Shown here: positions 42,014 through 56,270 of the stretch, in pieces
How positions within the stretch are numbered: position 1 is the stretch's first letter
Layout: every line of letters begins with the position of its first letter
Assembly (NCBI GenBank): GCA_951406725.2
Contig: OX597836.1
Location: 31,930,001-31,994,000, forward strand
DNA: 64,000 bases
Source of the DNA: Octopus vulgaris
Lineage: Eukaryota
Reading direction: 5' to 3'
Translations under genes and position numbers: made by a program
The notes under the pieces: model-generated
Seen by the model: the letters and a program-made list of their open reading frames with translations, nothing else
What the model was told of the DNA's origin: nothing
Database searches by the model: none

Positions 42014-42064
42014 AGCTTCTACAGGACTAGAACTGTTTCATTCAGAAGAAATCATCAGGAAGCT
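42014..42064 (-). ncRNA. type I hammerhead ribozyme with all three stems
   Basis: AGCTTC-CTGATGA-T-TTC(ttct)GAA-T-GAAAC-AG(ttctagtc)CT-GTA-GAAGCT; perfect 6-bp stem I, GUA site; in an about 140-bp element between (TA)n tracts. Confidence 0.85.
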
Positions 42065-42384
42065 AGGTGACATATATATATGTACACACGCACGTACATA
42101 CATAAATACACACACACACACACAGACATATATATATTCTTTTATTCATTCATTTGTTTCAGTCATTTGACTGCAGCCATGCTGGAGCACTGCCTTAAGC
42201 TGAACAAATTGACCCCAGGACTTATTCTCTGTAAGCCTAGTATTTATTGTATCAGTCTTTTTTGCTGAACTGCTAAGTTACATGGATGTAAACACACCAG
42301 CATCAGTTGTCAAGCTATGTAGGGTGACAAACACAGACACACAAACATATAAATATATATATTTATATATATATATATACATAT

Positions 42385-42543
42385 ACCAGAGTAAGCACAT
42401 AAATGTGAAGCAAGGTTAAAAAAAGAGTACTCAAATACCAGAGGTAGAGTAATATGCTTTATTCAAAAGCAGCAACTGTTCGACAAACAGAACTCAGAGT
42501 AACAGCTTTTGATATATTTCTGCTGCTTTTAAATAAAGCATAT
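42385..42543. mobile_element. (TA)n-embedded Penelope-like fragment with internal 23-bp inverted repeat
   Basis: 42452-42474 pairs with 42521-42543; GAACTCAGAGTAACAG resembles a hammerhead 3' half. Confidence 0.5.
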
Positions 42544-42555
42544 ATATATACATAT

Positions 42556-42604
<49 letters not shown>

Positions 42605-42749
42605 TATATATATACATATACACATATATATATATATATATATACAAATACACATATATATATATATATAAAGACATATATATATATATGGATATACATA
42701 TATATATATACATATATATATACATATATATATATACAGATATAAAGTG

Positions 42750-42829
<80 letters not shown>

Positions 42830-42924
42830 TTTACTTGCAATATATAGAAAACAGTGTCGTCCAGTCACTGATTTTGTAACAAGGAAACTAGTCTGTAAGA
42901 AAATCTCTGTATGTATGTATGTAT

Positions 42925-43313
42925 AAGAAGCTTGCTTCTCAACCATATGGTTCCGTGTTCAGTCCCACTGCATGATACCTTGGCCAAATGTCTTCTACTG
43001 TAGCCTCAGGCCAACCAAAATCCTTGTGAGTGGATTTGGTAGATGGATACTATATATAGCCTATCATATATATATATATACATATATATGTATGTATGTA
43101 TCTAGGTGTCTGTGTTTGTCCCCACCACCATCACTTGACAACCAATACTGGTACGTTTACATCTCCATAACTTAACAGTTTGGCAAAAAGATACTGATAC
43201 AATAAGTACTAGGCTTACAAAAAGTAAGTCCTGGGGTCTATTTATTCAACTAAAGGCAGTGCTCCAGCATGGCCACAGTCAAATGACTGAACCAAGTAAA
43301 AGAATAAAAGAAT
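42925..43313 (+). mobile_element. SINE family A, diverged
   Basis: Homology to family A. Confidence 0.88.
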
Positions 43314-43341
43314 ATTTGTGTGTGTACATATACACACATGC

Positions 43342-43375
<34 letters not shown>

Positions 43376-43378
<3 letters not shown>

Positions 43379-43649
43379 ACATAAGGGACTAAAGCCATCT
43401 GAATATGGCTAGGGACAGGCAGGGTGGTGGGGTGTTACTGTTGCATTTAGCCCCAGGCGAACATCGACGTCGCCAGATAGGCTTGACACCATCACGGTGT
43501 CCTTTAACCTGCAAGTTAAAGGACACCGTGATGGTGTCAAGCCTATCTGGCGACGTCGATGTTCGCCTGGGGCTAAATGCAACAATAACACCCCCACCAC
43601 CCTGCCCTGTCCCTAGCCATATTCAGATGGCTTTAGTCCCTTATGTTAT
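43376..43649. repeat. near-perfect 274-bp palindrome (fold-back element)
   Basis: About 136-bp arms centred on TGCA at 43510-43513; 2 mismatches and 2 single-base indels. Confidence 0.97.
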
Positions 43650-43680
43650 GGAGCAGTTACTGTCTATATCTCATTTAGAG

Positions 43681-43723
<43 letters not shown>

Positions 43724-45237
43724 GCATACATACTTGCATGTTTATATATAACAAATGCATATACATGCATGTACACACACTCACACATATCTACATAAAC
43801 ATACATACAAACCAACCTCTATTTATGCTTAATACATGTCCCTATATTATTCTTAATATATATATGTGCACATAAATGCATTTATATCACTCCATATATT
43901 GATATATATGCTATTTGTAGATATAATCTCATTCAGCCATGTCAATAGAAGAATATATATGTACTTTCATACTTCTAGGTAAATATATATAATATGAAAG
44001 TAGCGTGCATATATTTTATTTGAACGTCAAGGCACAAGATTTTAGTCATAAAAAGAATTTCACGTGCAAAATTTGCTGTCTCATCTTATTAAAGATACGC
44101 TTTTGAAAATGTGGAGAATCTGAATATTATTGAAATATTGAAATAACATCCATTTGAGGCCACAGTTGAAGTGTAATATAGATATGTCTCATAAGTGTTA
44201 GGCTTTACATATGGATATGAGGTCAGTATTGTAATTTAAATTGAATTCTTTGCAGAAAGAATCTCCATGGATTCTAATGTACATAAATCATGAAGGCATT
44301 TTATTACCATTATAAGATTCAGCCAATGCTAAAGCTGTTCCATTACATTTTGCAATGGCGTTTCTATCCATTATTCTCTTAATATGCATCAAAAGTAATG
44401 ACATACTATTTTGTACAGGGTTTCAAAATGAATGAGAGTGTGTATGATATCAAACCTTCAACCTATTGACAGTTAAACTTGTATAACATTTACTAGTGAG
44501 AGAGGTGCTAACTGTGCATTTGTAAACTATATTGTTAATTTGGCAATTTCTTTCTGAAGATAATTCCACTTTGCATCATAGATACTATCACAGTACTTGT
44601 TGCTACTGTTACTACTACTTCTTAATTTAGTTGCAGTCAATGATTCAACATTTTGCATTATGTTAAGAGTTGTGGAATAAGATAACTTGATAATATTCTT
44701 GTTAAAAATCATATAGCACCCACGTTTTGCAGTTTTTAGTTATCATCTTTAGGGCTGGATTTCAAATCCCTCAGAAGTCAGCTTTGTCTTTCATACTTCG
44801 GAGATTGTTAAAATAAATTACCATTTACATACAACCATTACTATTATATTGCTATAAATCCTTTCCAGATGTGAAAGTTGCACTTGATAAAGATTAATTA
44901 ATTAATATCTATTTAGAATTGAATTTTAATTTATAAAATTATAATAGCCTATCCTTCCCTTGCATTACTTGTGGTAAATCAATTATTGATGTCTCTTGCA
45001 TCATCATTGTTTTAACGTCCAATTTTCCATGACTGCATGGGTTGGACAAAATTTTGTTGAAGCAAATTTATTATGGCCAGATATCCTTCCAGTTGCCAAA
45101 CCTCATTAGTTTCAAAGTGAAGTGATATCTCCCCATGACTAGACATATTTTCACAGAAGATTAGGAGTGAAAGACACTATGTATGTATGTATGTATGTAT
45201 TTATGTATGTATGTATGTATGTATGTATGTATGTATG

Positions 45238-45292
<55 letters not shown>

Positions 45293-45418
45293 GCATACAC
45301 ACACACACACAATATTTATAAACAAACCAGATGACTTTGTAAGTTACGGAGATAGCTGACCAAATCCTTGAGTGGATTTGGTAGACGGAAACTGAAAGAA
45401 GTCTGTTGTATGTGTGTG

Positions 45419-45468
<50 letters not shown>

Positions 45469-45712
45469 AGTATATGTTTGTGTCTGTGTTTGTCTCCTCC
45501 ACCATTGCTTAATAAGTGATGTTGGTGTATTTACATCTCCGTAACTTAACAATTTGGCAAAAGAGCCCGATAAAATATGTACGAGGTTTACAAAGGAATA
45601 AGTCGTGGAGTCAGTTTGTTCAACTGAAGGTGGTGCTCCAGCATGGCTGCAGTCAAAATGACTGAAACAAATAGAAGAATAAAAAAAAAACAATAGAATA
45701 CATATATGTATA

Positions 45713-46136
45713 GGCGCAGGAGTGGCTGTGTGGTAAGTAGCTTGTTTACCAACCACATGGTTCCGGGTTCAGTCCCACTGCATGGCACCTTGGGCAAGTG
45801 TCTTCTACTATAGCCTCGGGCCGACCAATGCCTTGTGAGTGGATTTGGTAGATGGAAACTGAAAGAAGACCGTCGTATATATGTATATATATATATATAT
45901 ATATGCATGTGTGTGTTTGTGTGTCTGTGTTTGTCCCCCTAGCATTGCTTGACAACCGATGCTGGTGTGTTTATGTCCCTGTTACTTAGCGGTTCAGCAA
46001 AAGAGACCGATAGAATAAGTACTGGGCTTACAAAAGAATAAGTCCTGGGGTCGAGTTGCTCGATTAAGGGCGGTGCTCCAGCATGGCCACAGTCAAATGA
46101 CTGAAACAAGTAAAAGAGTAAAAGAGAGTAAAGAGT
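45713..46136 (+). mobile_element. full-length SINE family A
   Basis: GGCGCAGGAGTGGCTGTGTGG head to (AAAGAGT)n tail. Confidence 0.95.
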
Positions 46137-46722
46137 ATATGTAAGAATGTGTGTGTGTGAGTGTCTTTATGTCTGTGTTCGTTCTTCACTACCACCCAGC
46201 AGATGGGGTTGTTGTTTTTTTATGTCTATATAAGCTTACAGTTCAACAAAAGGAGGCCATAAGGATAAGTATCAGAACAAAGAGTGTTTTGGTGTCAATT
46301 TCTTTGACTAAACCTTTCAATGACTGCAACAAGGAAAGGTTATCAGGTAAAAGCTACTTATTTTATCAGCCCTTAAGTATTGAGAAACCAAGTCAATTGG
46401 ATACAGACTCAGACCTGTGTGGCTTCAAATGACATTAAATCTTACATGTGTTACAGGCAATCATAAATCTATACTAATAAACACAAAATTCTATCTGCCC
46501 GTCCATCTGGGACCCCTGTATCTCGGTCTACATTTGCTCTACATAGACATATTAAACCTTTTTGGAATCAGGATGATTCCAGGATTGAAAATCTGCTCCT
46601 CATTTGGTTGTTGAACATCCAGCATTGGGATTAGATCTGGATGAGGATTTGTTGTAAGCTAACAGTTGAAAATTCAAATTTTAAAAGAACTCCAAGAAGA
46701 TTTTCATTTAAACTGAATTTAA

Positions 46723-46934
46723 CCCTTTCTTTACTGTATTTATTTTGAGATACTCTGTTTCTTTCAATCATTTTAAAATATAACAAAGAATTTAGTAAAA
46801 TAATTAAGTTATCATTCAGCTAGTATTAGGAACATAAATTGTGACTAAGGTTTGGTGGAAGATTTTAATTCAAGACTTATGAAAACAAGACATTTGTACT
46901 CAGAGCCAGGTTGGCCGGGTTGGAAACGAAAGGG
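46723..46934. mobile_element. piggyBac-type MITE (second family) with TTAA TSD
   Basis: TTAA-CCCTTTC...GAAAGGG-TTAA. Confidence 0.8.
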
Positions 46935-47511
46935 TTAAAGTAATACTATATTGGCAAGTTAATACTATATTAGTAGGGTACCAATAAATGCTTTATTATT
47001 ATTGCTCCCTTTAGTTTTGGATCGCAAGTCCAAATAGCTCTCTGCAGGAGATAGTTTAAAAGTCTGCACAGAATGCGGGTTTTAAGCTAGTGAAAAATAA
47101 CTCTGATGGAAATAGCTTTTCTTTTTCTTTTTTCGTTTATTTTACACTTGTTTCAGTCAATGAACTGTGGCCATACTGGAGCTCTATCTTCAAAAGTTTT
47201 AGTTGAACGAACTGGTGCCTGTGTTTTTTTTTAAGCCTGGTACTTATACTATCATACATACATACATGCATACCTGTATACATATATACATGCATACATA
47301 CACACATGCGTGCATATACATACACACATATATATACATATATATATACACACACACACACACACGCACGCACACACACAGCACTGCATTTAAATTGATG
47401 TAATGATTGCATTGTTCAATTAAATGGAGCCACTTGAAACGATTGTACTGCATCACTACTTGATATCCTGTTGCTTATTTGGAGTTTATGCATACACACA
47501 TACATATACAT

Positions 47512-47557
<46 letters not shown>

Positions 47558-48886
47558 GTCAAAACAGATGGGAAGCCTGAACCGCCCTTGAGCAAGTCAG
47601 CTCCTATCAAACCATCTAACCCATGCCAGCATGGGAAACAAATGTTAAATTATGATGATGATGATATATATATGTATACACATGCCCCCCCCCCCCCCAC
47701 ACACACAAACACATACACAAGGTGTTCCAGCTAAGTTTGATGACTTTTTAATGCCTCCTTTTTACAGAAACAGTTTAATGTGTTGATGAACAGTCGATGG
47801 TGTTGGAGAGCATAAAGATTTAAGTAGTCGACAAGAAAGGAAAATTAAAGGACATTGGAACGCTGGTAGTCAACTAAATATTGGAGAAAGAGTTATCTGT
47901 ATCATGATGTTTTGTACCAGGCAGCAAATTGCTAACATCAAAGTGTATACACACAATGGGCTTCTTTCAGTTTCCATCAACTCAATCCAATCACAACACA
48001 TTAGTTAGCCCAAGATTATTGAAGAAAAACACTTACCCACGATGCCATGTAGTGGGACTGAACCCGGATTCATGTTTGTATATGTATTTGGGAAGCAAAA
48101 TTCTTACCACACAACCATGCCAACACCTTAGAAAAAAGAAAGAATCTTATAATTTCCATCAAATTTTCAATTTTCAAGAGAGAAAGAGTTCATAAAATTT
48201 AATCAACTTAAAATTAGGATTTAAATAAACAAAAATGTTTGATGATATTTTAAAGACAGAAATTGTCACAAATATAATAAAGAAATTATATTAAAATTTT
48301 TCTATGATTGATGTTTGTGTAGAAGAGATGAACAAAGGTTTGATTGAAGGCGTACTCTCTTGTCAAAGATCAATATTTGTTCCTTTCAATATGATTTAAT
48401 ACTGATACCAACAACAAGAAGGGAAAAGTAGCCATTTTCTTTTAACCTTTGTATTAGGAATTGAAAAATTAGCTAGAAACCTCATAAAGATTTATAGCGC
48501 TGAATAAATTTTGTTAGAAATCTCAATGAAATTACTAGAAAGAAAAATAGCAGCAGAAAAGGAAACAATATATATATATATTATTATATATATTATGTAT
48601 ATTATATATATTATGAGCGTGCGTGTATACATATACATATATGTATTATATGTATGTATGTATGTATATCTCTTTTACTATTTTACTTGTTTCAGCCATT
48701 TGACTGTGGCCATGCTGGAGCACCGTCTTTAGTCAAGCAAATCGATCCCAGGACTTATTCTTTGTAAGCCTAGTACTTATTCTATCGGTCTCTTTTGCCG
48801 AACCGCTAAGTTACAGGGACGTAAACACACCAGCATCAGTTGTCAAGCGATGTTGGGGGGACAAACACAGACACACAAACATACAT

Positions 48887-48935
<49 letters not shown>

Positions 48936-49494
48936 TATATGTATATATACGATGGCTTCTTTCATAAAAAGAAAAAAATTAAAGAAGTAATTTTTTTATT
49001 CTCAAATGCAGGATAAGACTAATAATATAGCATGGACAGAGGTGTGAGTGCAAGTCTCATGACTGGCCACCAACACTTTTTTCTGCAAAATAGGGGTAAT
49101 TTATCCTGTTCATGCTATATTATTTTATTTGAGAATAAAAAAAATTGCTTCTTTAACTTTCTAAGACATCTCAACACTTCTAAGGCAAACTTCTTTTGTT
49201 TGTTTACTTTTGTATATTAAAGGATTTCTTTGTTTTATTATCTGAATTGCATATATATATATATAATTATATGTACTAAGTGACTGTAACTTTGAAGTAT
49301 TGTCAAGATCCAAACAATTCTGTCTCGTATTTTTGCCCTCTTCTTTGTGATAGAAACATTTAATTTATTTATTGATATTTGCTGTTTCAGTTTCATGTAT
49401 GTTTCTCTGTATGCGTATATATATGCATGTACGGTACATTTAAATATAAACCCATATATATATTTATATATATATATGTATATATATATATATG

Positions 49495-49527
<33 letters not shown>

Positions 49528-49636
49528 AGAGAGAGAGAGAGAGTGTGTGTAGGATTGAAATGTTTATAACATTTTTACTGTTTGTTGTCTATACCACCTG
49601 TCTTCGTCATTTTTTGTGAATTCTTCCCATATATAC

Positions 49637-49679
<43 letters not shown>

Positions 49680-50031
49680 AATATGCATATATATGTATAA
49701 ATATATATATATATTTATGGATAATAAAAAAATATTTTTTAACTTTTAAATGTTTTAAAACTCTTATAACCACAATCCTCTAAGGCTTTCATATCTGTGA
49801 TCTTTAAAAAAAATATTTGTGTGCATCAACCTAAGTAAATCTCCTTGTACTCTTCTACCTCTACGTACTCTTATAGTCTTTCAATTTATATCATTTTCTG
49901 TCATTTTCCCTACTTTATTTCATTTTATCCAGTTTTATTTTATTTCATTTCATATTTTTCCCCATCTTCCTCCCTACCCATTCTACTAACTGTTACCCTG
50001 TTATCTTACTAATATTTATAAATATATAAGT

Positions 50032-50073
<42 letters not shown>

Positions 50074-50079
50074 AAAAAA

Positions 50080-50182
<103 letters not shown>

Positions 50183-50720
50183 TATTTATATAGTCTATTT
50201 TCCTAAGTCATTGCAGAGTGACTACCATAAGCTTTAATCTTATATAAAAATGCCATTATTATTATTTACAGGATTGTAAAAACGGTGGTGTATAAAAAAC
50301 ACTTTTGCACCAAAAGCATATATATATCAGATACACATATATGATATATATGTATATATGTATGTATGTTTGTATGTATGTATGTATGTATGTATGTATG
50401 TATGTATGTATGTATGTATGTATAATTGTATGTATGTATGTATGTATACACACACATACATACATATATGTATTCGTACAAAAAGAAGTGTGTAAGTTAA
50501 GAGAACAGATAGCATATGATAAGAGATGTATAGTTTTATATTTATTGGAAGCTGAATTGTTCACTAACAGTTACTCTAGTTTCTGGTTTCTGATGTTAAA
50601 CTGATGGTGGAGATTGGGGCAAGATATATGAGCATATATAGAGTTTTATGGGAAATAAAACCTGAATAATCTATCATTGATAAAAAAAAGAAATGAAATT
50701 CGTAGTTTCATACACATGCA

Positions 50721-50761
<41 letters not shown>

Positions 50762-50892
50762 TAATATATATGTGTCTACTTTTTTGTCATCTGTACTAAT
50801 GCTTGAAGCTTCCAAACTTCCTACATTTAGATTTCTGGATCAAATTTTTCCTATTGCTATATATCTAAGTCAATATCTATATCTATATCTAT

Positions 50893-51225
50893 ATCATCAT
50901 CATCATCATTTAGCGTCCGTTTTCCATGCTAGCATGGGTTGGACGGTTCAACTGGGGTCTGTGAAGCCAGAAGGCTGCATCAGGCCCAGTCTGATCTGGC
51001 AAGGTTTCACCAACCACTCCGCGAGTGTAGTGGGTGCTTTTTACGTGCCACCCGCACAGAAGCCAGACGGAGCATGCAAACGGCCATGAACGGATGGTGC
51101 TTTTACGTGCCACCAGCACGGGGGCCAGGCGAGGCTGGCAACGGACACGAATGGATGGTGTTTTTACGTGCCACCAGCACGGAGGCCAGAAGGGGTGGTG
51201 CTGGCAACGGCCATGAACAGATGGT
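50893..51225 (-). mobile_element. repeat family C
   Basis: Reverse complement of the 11790-12191 type. Confidence 0.85.
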
Positions 51226-51412
51226 TAATGTTAGAAAGAGTATCCAGCCATAAAATCATGTTAGAAAGAGTATCCAGCCATAAAATCATGTTAGAACTGA
51301 AGCCGGGTGCAGTCTTCTGCCTAGCCAGCACCAGTTAAACTGTTCAACCCATGCTAGAATGGAAAATAGATGTTAAATTGTGATGATGGTAATGATAGTA
51401 CATATATGTATA

Positions 51413-51838
51413 GGCACAGGAGTGACTGTGTGGTAAGTAGCTTGCTTACCAACCACATGGTTCCGGGTTCATTCCACTGCATGGCACCTCGAGCAAGTGT
51501 CTTCTAATATAGCCTTGGGCCGACCAAAGCCTTGTGAGTGGATTTTGTAGATGAAACTGAAAGAAGCCCGTCATATATATGTATATGTATATGTATATGT
51601 ATATATGTGTGTGTGTGTATATATATATGTATGTGTGTGCATATGTTTGTGTGTCTGTGTTTGCCCCCCCCCCCCCCAACATTGCTTGACAACCGATGGT
51701 GGTGTGTTTACATCCCCGTAACTTAGCGGTTCGAAAAAACACACCGATAGAATAAGTACTAGGCTTACAAAGAATAAGTCCTTGGGTCGATTTGCTCGTC
51801 TAAAGGTGGTGCTCCAGAAACAAGTAAAGGAGTAAGAG
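51413..51838 (+). mobile_element. SINE family A
   Basis: Homology to family A. Confidence 0.93.
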
Positions 51839-52065
51839 ATTATTCAGTTTTATTTCAAGATTTCTAAGTTAGATCCAAATCTCCTTCATTGGAATTCCAA
51901 CATCAACAGGGCATTTTTGTGTGAATGTATGTATATGTACGTATTTGTTTTGTGCATATTTGTTTTGTTTTATGTATGTATTCTGATGCATATAGTTGCA
52001 TATCTAGACATGCTCTTATATATTTAAATGATAAACTTTTGGAAAGTTTTACAGATTTATAGTTC

Positions 52066-52451
52066 TTTTATTCTTTTACTTGTTTCAGCCAATTGACTGT
52101 GGCCATGCTGGAGCACTACCTTAAAGGGTTTTTATCAGAAAAATCGACTCCAGTATTTATTCTTTGTAAGCCTAGTACTTATTCTATCAGTCTCTTTTGC
52201 TGAACTGCTAAGTTACAGGGATATAAACACACCAGCCGGTTGTCAATCGATGATGGGGGACAAACACAAAAACATACAGACATAGATACATACACACATA
52301 TGATGAGCTTCTTTCAGTCCCCCTCAACCAAATCCACTCACAAGACTTTGGTCAGCCCAAGGCTATAGTAGAAGATGCTTGCCCAAGGTGCCATGCAGTG
52401 GGACTGAACCCAGAACCATGTGGTCGGGAAGTAAGTTCCTTACCACACAGC
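52066..52451 (-). mobile_element. SINE family A, inverted relative to 51413-51838
   Basis: Homology to family A. Confidence 0.92.
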
Positions 52452-52525
52452 TACGTTTTTTTAATCTGGTTTGCATAACTCTTCCTAGACACAATGAATG
52501 ACACATATATATGCACATGCATATA

Positions 52526-52576
<51 letters not shown>

Positions 52577-52865
52577 ATATATACATATATATATATATAT
52601 TTCGTTGTTTTAAAAAAAAGTCTGTTTCCTTGTTTGATCTTATGTTTTTGTCTCTCGTTGTGTTCTACGTTTATTTGTGGTGTCCTGTACTCATATATAT
52701 ATATATATATATATATGCATGTATATATACATGTAGATGTAAGTATGTACATATATGTATGTATATATGCATATATTTTATTTATTTTTTATATTATTAT
52801 ATGACTGAACGCACGCGTTATTTCTCTTCTCCAAGTAAGTTTTTATTTATATATATATATGTATA

Positions 52866-52918
<53 letters not shown>

Positions 52919-52926
52919 CATATATG

Positions 52927-52975
<49 letters not shown>

Positions 52976-53558
52976 ATTGCATATATTCCCCCAGTGAAAC
53001 TTATATTTCACCATTTTTGAAGTATTGTAAAAGATGACTCTGTTCAATGTAAGCCTCATTGACAGACTCATACCAATCTCCTCTATTTCCAAATGTACTT
53101 TGAGGATGATGTAATATTTTCTTCACGACTCACACATTTAATGTTCTCAGCTTTAAATACATTACTGCTTACTTAATTCTTTCTCTTTTCTCTGAATGGC
53201 ATCTCTAAATTATTTAATGGATAAACAATTCTGTTTTTCATCATCAATAAATGCTCAATCTTGTACATTTATTTAGTGATATTTTCAGCGAATACAGTGA
53301 TTTATTTAGTGTTTATATTGAATGTCATGCCATATTAGCGTTGGTCAGAATAAAATGAAAAAGCTGTCAAGGCATTGTTTAATTGGTTCCTTTTTGCACC
53401 ACATATTTTTCTCTAGTCAGCATTTAAATGCTCCATCCACTGAGATTAATTTACCGGTTGTTTCAGAGAAAGTGTCATTAAGAAAATGATATTGGAAAAG
53501 GTCTCTCAACTTATATTTGAGTTTAGAGCAAAAAATGATATTGTTTGATTTTTTTTAT

Positions 53559-53639
<81 letters not shown>

Positions 53640-53667
53640 GTCTTTCTGTCTATCTGTCTACATACAC

Positions 53668-54067
53668 CCTACGATCCAAGGTAAGCACAGCAGGCCATCC
53701 TGTGATCCAAGGTACTTTGGATGGGCTGGGGCTGCTATGTGAAGCTGGTGCAGGAAACAGCCATGATCTCACGTTATTTGTCGGGTCTTCACAGTCACAG
53801 CATATCTCCAGAGATTACGGTTTTTTGTCATTGCCACTGTGAGGCCCAACGTTCGATGGTCATGCTTGACCACCTCATCCCATGACTTCCTGGATCTACC
53901 TCTACCCTGGATTCCTTCAACTGTTTGGGAGTGGCACTTCTTCACACATCTCTCCTCATCCATCCATAGTACATGACCATACCAATGCAAACGTCTCTCT
54001 TGCATGCCACATCTGATGCTTCTTATGTCCAGCATTTCTCTCAGGATGCTTACACTCTGTCGTGTGT
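53668..54067 (-). pseudogene. RTE-clade LINE 3' fragment (RT C-terminus plus 3' UTR)
   Basis: LREMLDIRSIRCGMQERRLHWYGHVLWMDEERCVKK...GRGRSRKSWDEVVKHD...NRNLWRYAV. Confidence 0.92.
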
Positions 54068-54531
54068 ACATGTGTGTGTATATATATAATACGTTTTTCA
54101 CTGTATTGTATGTTTGTTTCTTTTTTGCATCTGTTATTTTACAATTGGTTTTCGATACAAATAAAGCTATATCCATTAATTTGGCGTTTTTCTATACATG
54201 AACTGAGAAACTACATTGCGGAACTGTTATTTTTATGAGTTATATGTATTTATTACCTAAGAGACACTTCTGCACTGTCGGATGCTCCTGAACCAGTTGT
54301 TAAGTATCCTATCCATATGCGATCGATGCTAGATGTGTCAAAACAATTATAGTGATTAATAAAAATTCTTGTATCTTCCATCTTCTGTCTCTTGTTAACC
54401 AAATACATAATGAACTCTGTGAAAGAGATCATGCTTTATCAGTAAGGTACGAGGTATAAAACATTCGTTTTATCATCTAAGTTATATATCATACACACAC
54501 ACACACACAAACACACACATACTTATATATA

Positions 54532-54642
<111 letters not shown>

Positions 54643-55329
54643 ATGGTCCTGCTTCTTTATTTCTGTTTTATGCCTTTCTACATAATTGTCCGTTTACGGA
54701 AGGTTCCAGCAGTAAGTCAGATTATAGGAGAAGAGAGAGCAAACTACTTTATTCAGACCTTCTCCATTTCCAAAGAAAAAGGATGCAAAAATTGCTGATT
54801 CTAAAAGAGAGAGTAAAGAACCAATCAGAACGCTTGACTGTTATTCTATAATTTGTCGACCCTGGAAAGATAAAAATCAATGCTGATCTCACTCAGCAAG
54901 AACTGAATGCAGAATGCAAAGAGCTTGAACAAATATTGCAAAATATTCTACCTGATGCTTTAATGATTTTTTTTTACCAATCTGCCAGACAAGAAGGTAA
55001 AATATGCATATTTTCTTAATTTTAGATTTGTTTTAGTGAGGAATTTTTGTAACTGATTATGGTAGGTTTCATATAAACAAGCATTCAAAGGAGAAAAGCA
55101 TTGATTATTTGGAGTTTACTGTCAAAGTTTTGTATTAACCTGTAATATACAATATCGGCAAATTGTTTAAAGTAAGAATTTGTAATAGAATAAGTATTTA
55201 TTCAATCAAACAAAAATAAACATAAAAAAAACAAGCAAGAGTGTATTGATTGCTCTTTCCTTCCTTTCTTTTTTCTTTCTTTCATGCTTTTTTTTTCCCT
55301 TTCTTTCTTTTTTAAACATCGATTCATAG

Positions 55330-55511
55330 AACAGGAAGCAAATGGAAGGAAGAATTTTACCGAAGGAGATACTTGTCAGAAATGGAAACATTTAAAGATA
55401 ATTTTTATCATTGTTCTTATTTTCCTGGTGCATTCTCTGGAAATTTGACAACAAGTTCCATTGATAGAGTAAATGACAGGGAAGTTTGAAAAAGATCCAA
55501 AAAGCGCTATG
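55330..55511 (+). other. candidate spliced exon (5' UTR or non-coding) ending in ATG
   Basis: Long polypyrimidine tract 55250-55314, TAG acceptor, strong donor ATG|GTAAGT; no frame open throughout; no partner exon found. Confidence 0.3.
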
Positions 55512-55726
55512 GTAAGTATTTGGAGAAATTCCAAGTTAGCGATTTAGCGAAGAAAAGTCGTGTTAAAGTTTAGAGAATGTACTTTTCTTTATTTTGTTTT
55601 TTCACAAACTGTTTAGGATATTAGACATGGAAATGTTGTTATCTGAAATCATTTGAAAGAAACCTGAGGCTATTTCATTTGTCCATTTATAAACAATCAA
55701 TATTGGAAACAGCGTAACTGTAACTG

Positions 55727-55900
55727 GCATATTGTCGGTTATGATGACAAGGGTTCAAGTTGATCTGATCAACGGAATAGCTTGCTCATGAAATTAACGT
55801 GCAAGTGGCTGAGTACTCCACAGACACGTGTAACCTTAATGTAGTTCTCAGTGAGATTCAGCATGACATAAAATCTGGCAAGGCCAGCTTTTTGAATTAC
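55727..55900 (-). mobile_element. 3' part of SINE family D
   Basis: Reverse homologue of about 60190-60360. Confidence 0.85.
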
Positions 55901-56054
55901 AGGTACAACACATTTTTGCCAATTGAGTGGAATGGAGCGATAGGAAATAAACAGCTTCTGTCTACCAGATTCCCCCACACAGTACAGTATTAGTCAGCTC
56001 TGACCTGTAGTGGAAGAAACTTGCCCAAGGTGCAGTACAGTCAGATTGAACCCA

Positions 56055-56270
56055 ATCGAAGGAGAGGAGCTTTCTCCGTTCGGGTTGCGGATCCGTGGAA
56101 CAAGCTGCCAGACGAGATGATGAAGATGCCGACGACCGCTTTGTTCAAAGCCTCCCTTGACCTCAAGTGGCCTGAACTCTTTACATGAACACCACCCTGT
56201 ACTTAACTCTATGTCCCCCTACATGGCCTTGCTATTTGCTTTTGAGCCAAATTAACTAACTAACTAACTA
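56055..56270 (+). mobile_element. 5'-truncated CR1-group LINE 3' end with (TAAC)n tail
   Basis: NRRRGAFSVRVADPWNKLPDEMMKMPTTALFKASLDLKWPELFT*; AACCC on both sides; interrupts a minus-strand family A SINE head. Confidence 0.85.

Noticed and set aside
43405-43875. ORFs on both strands with the same peptide
   Set aside because: Consequence of the palindrome
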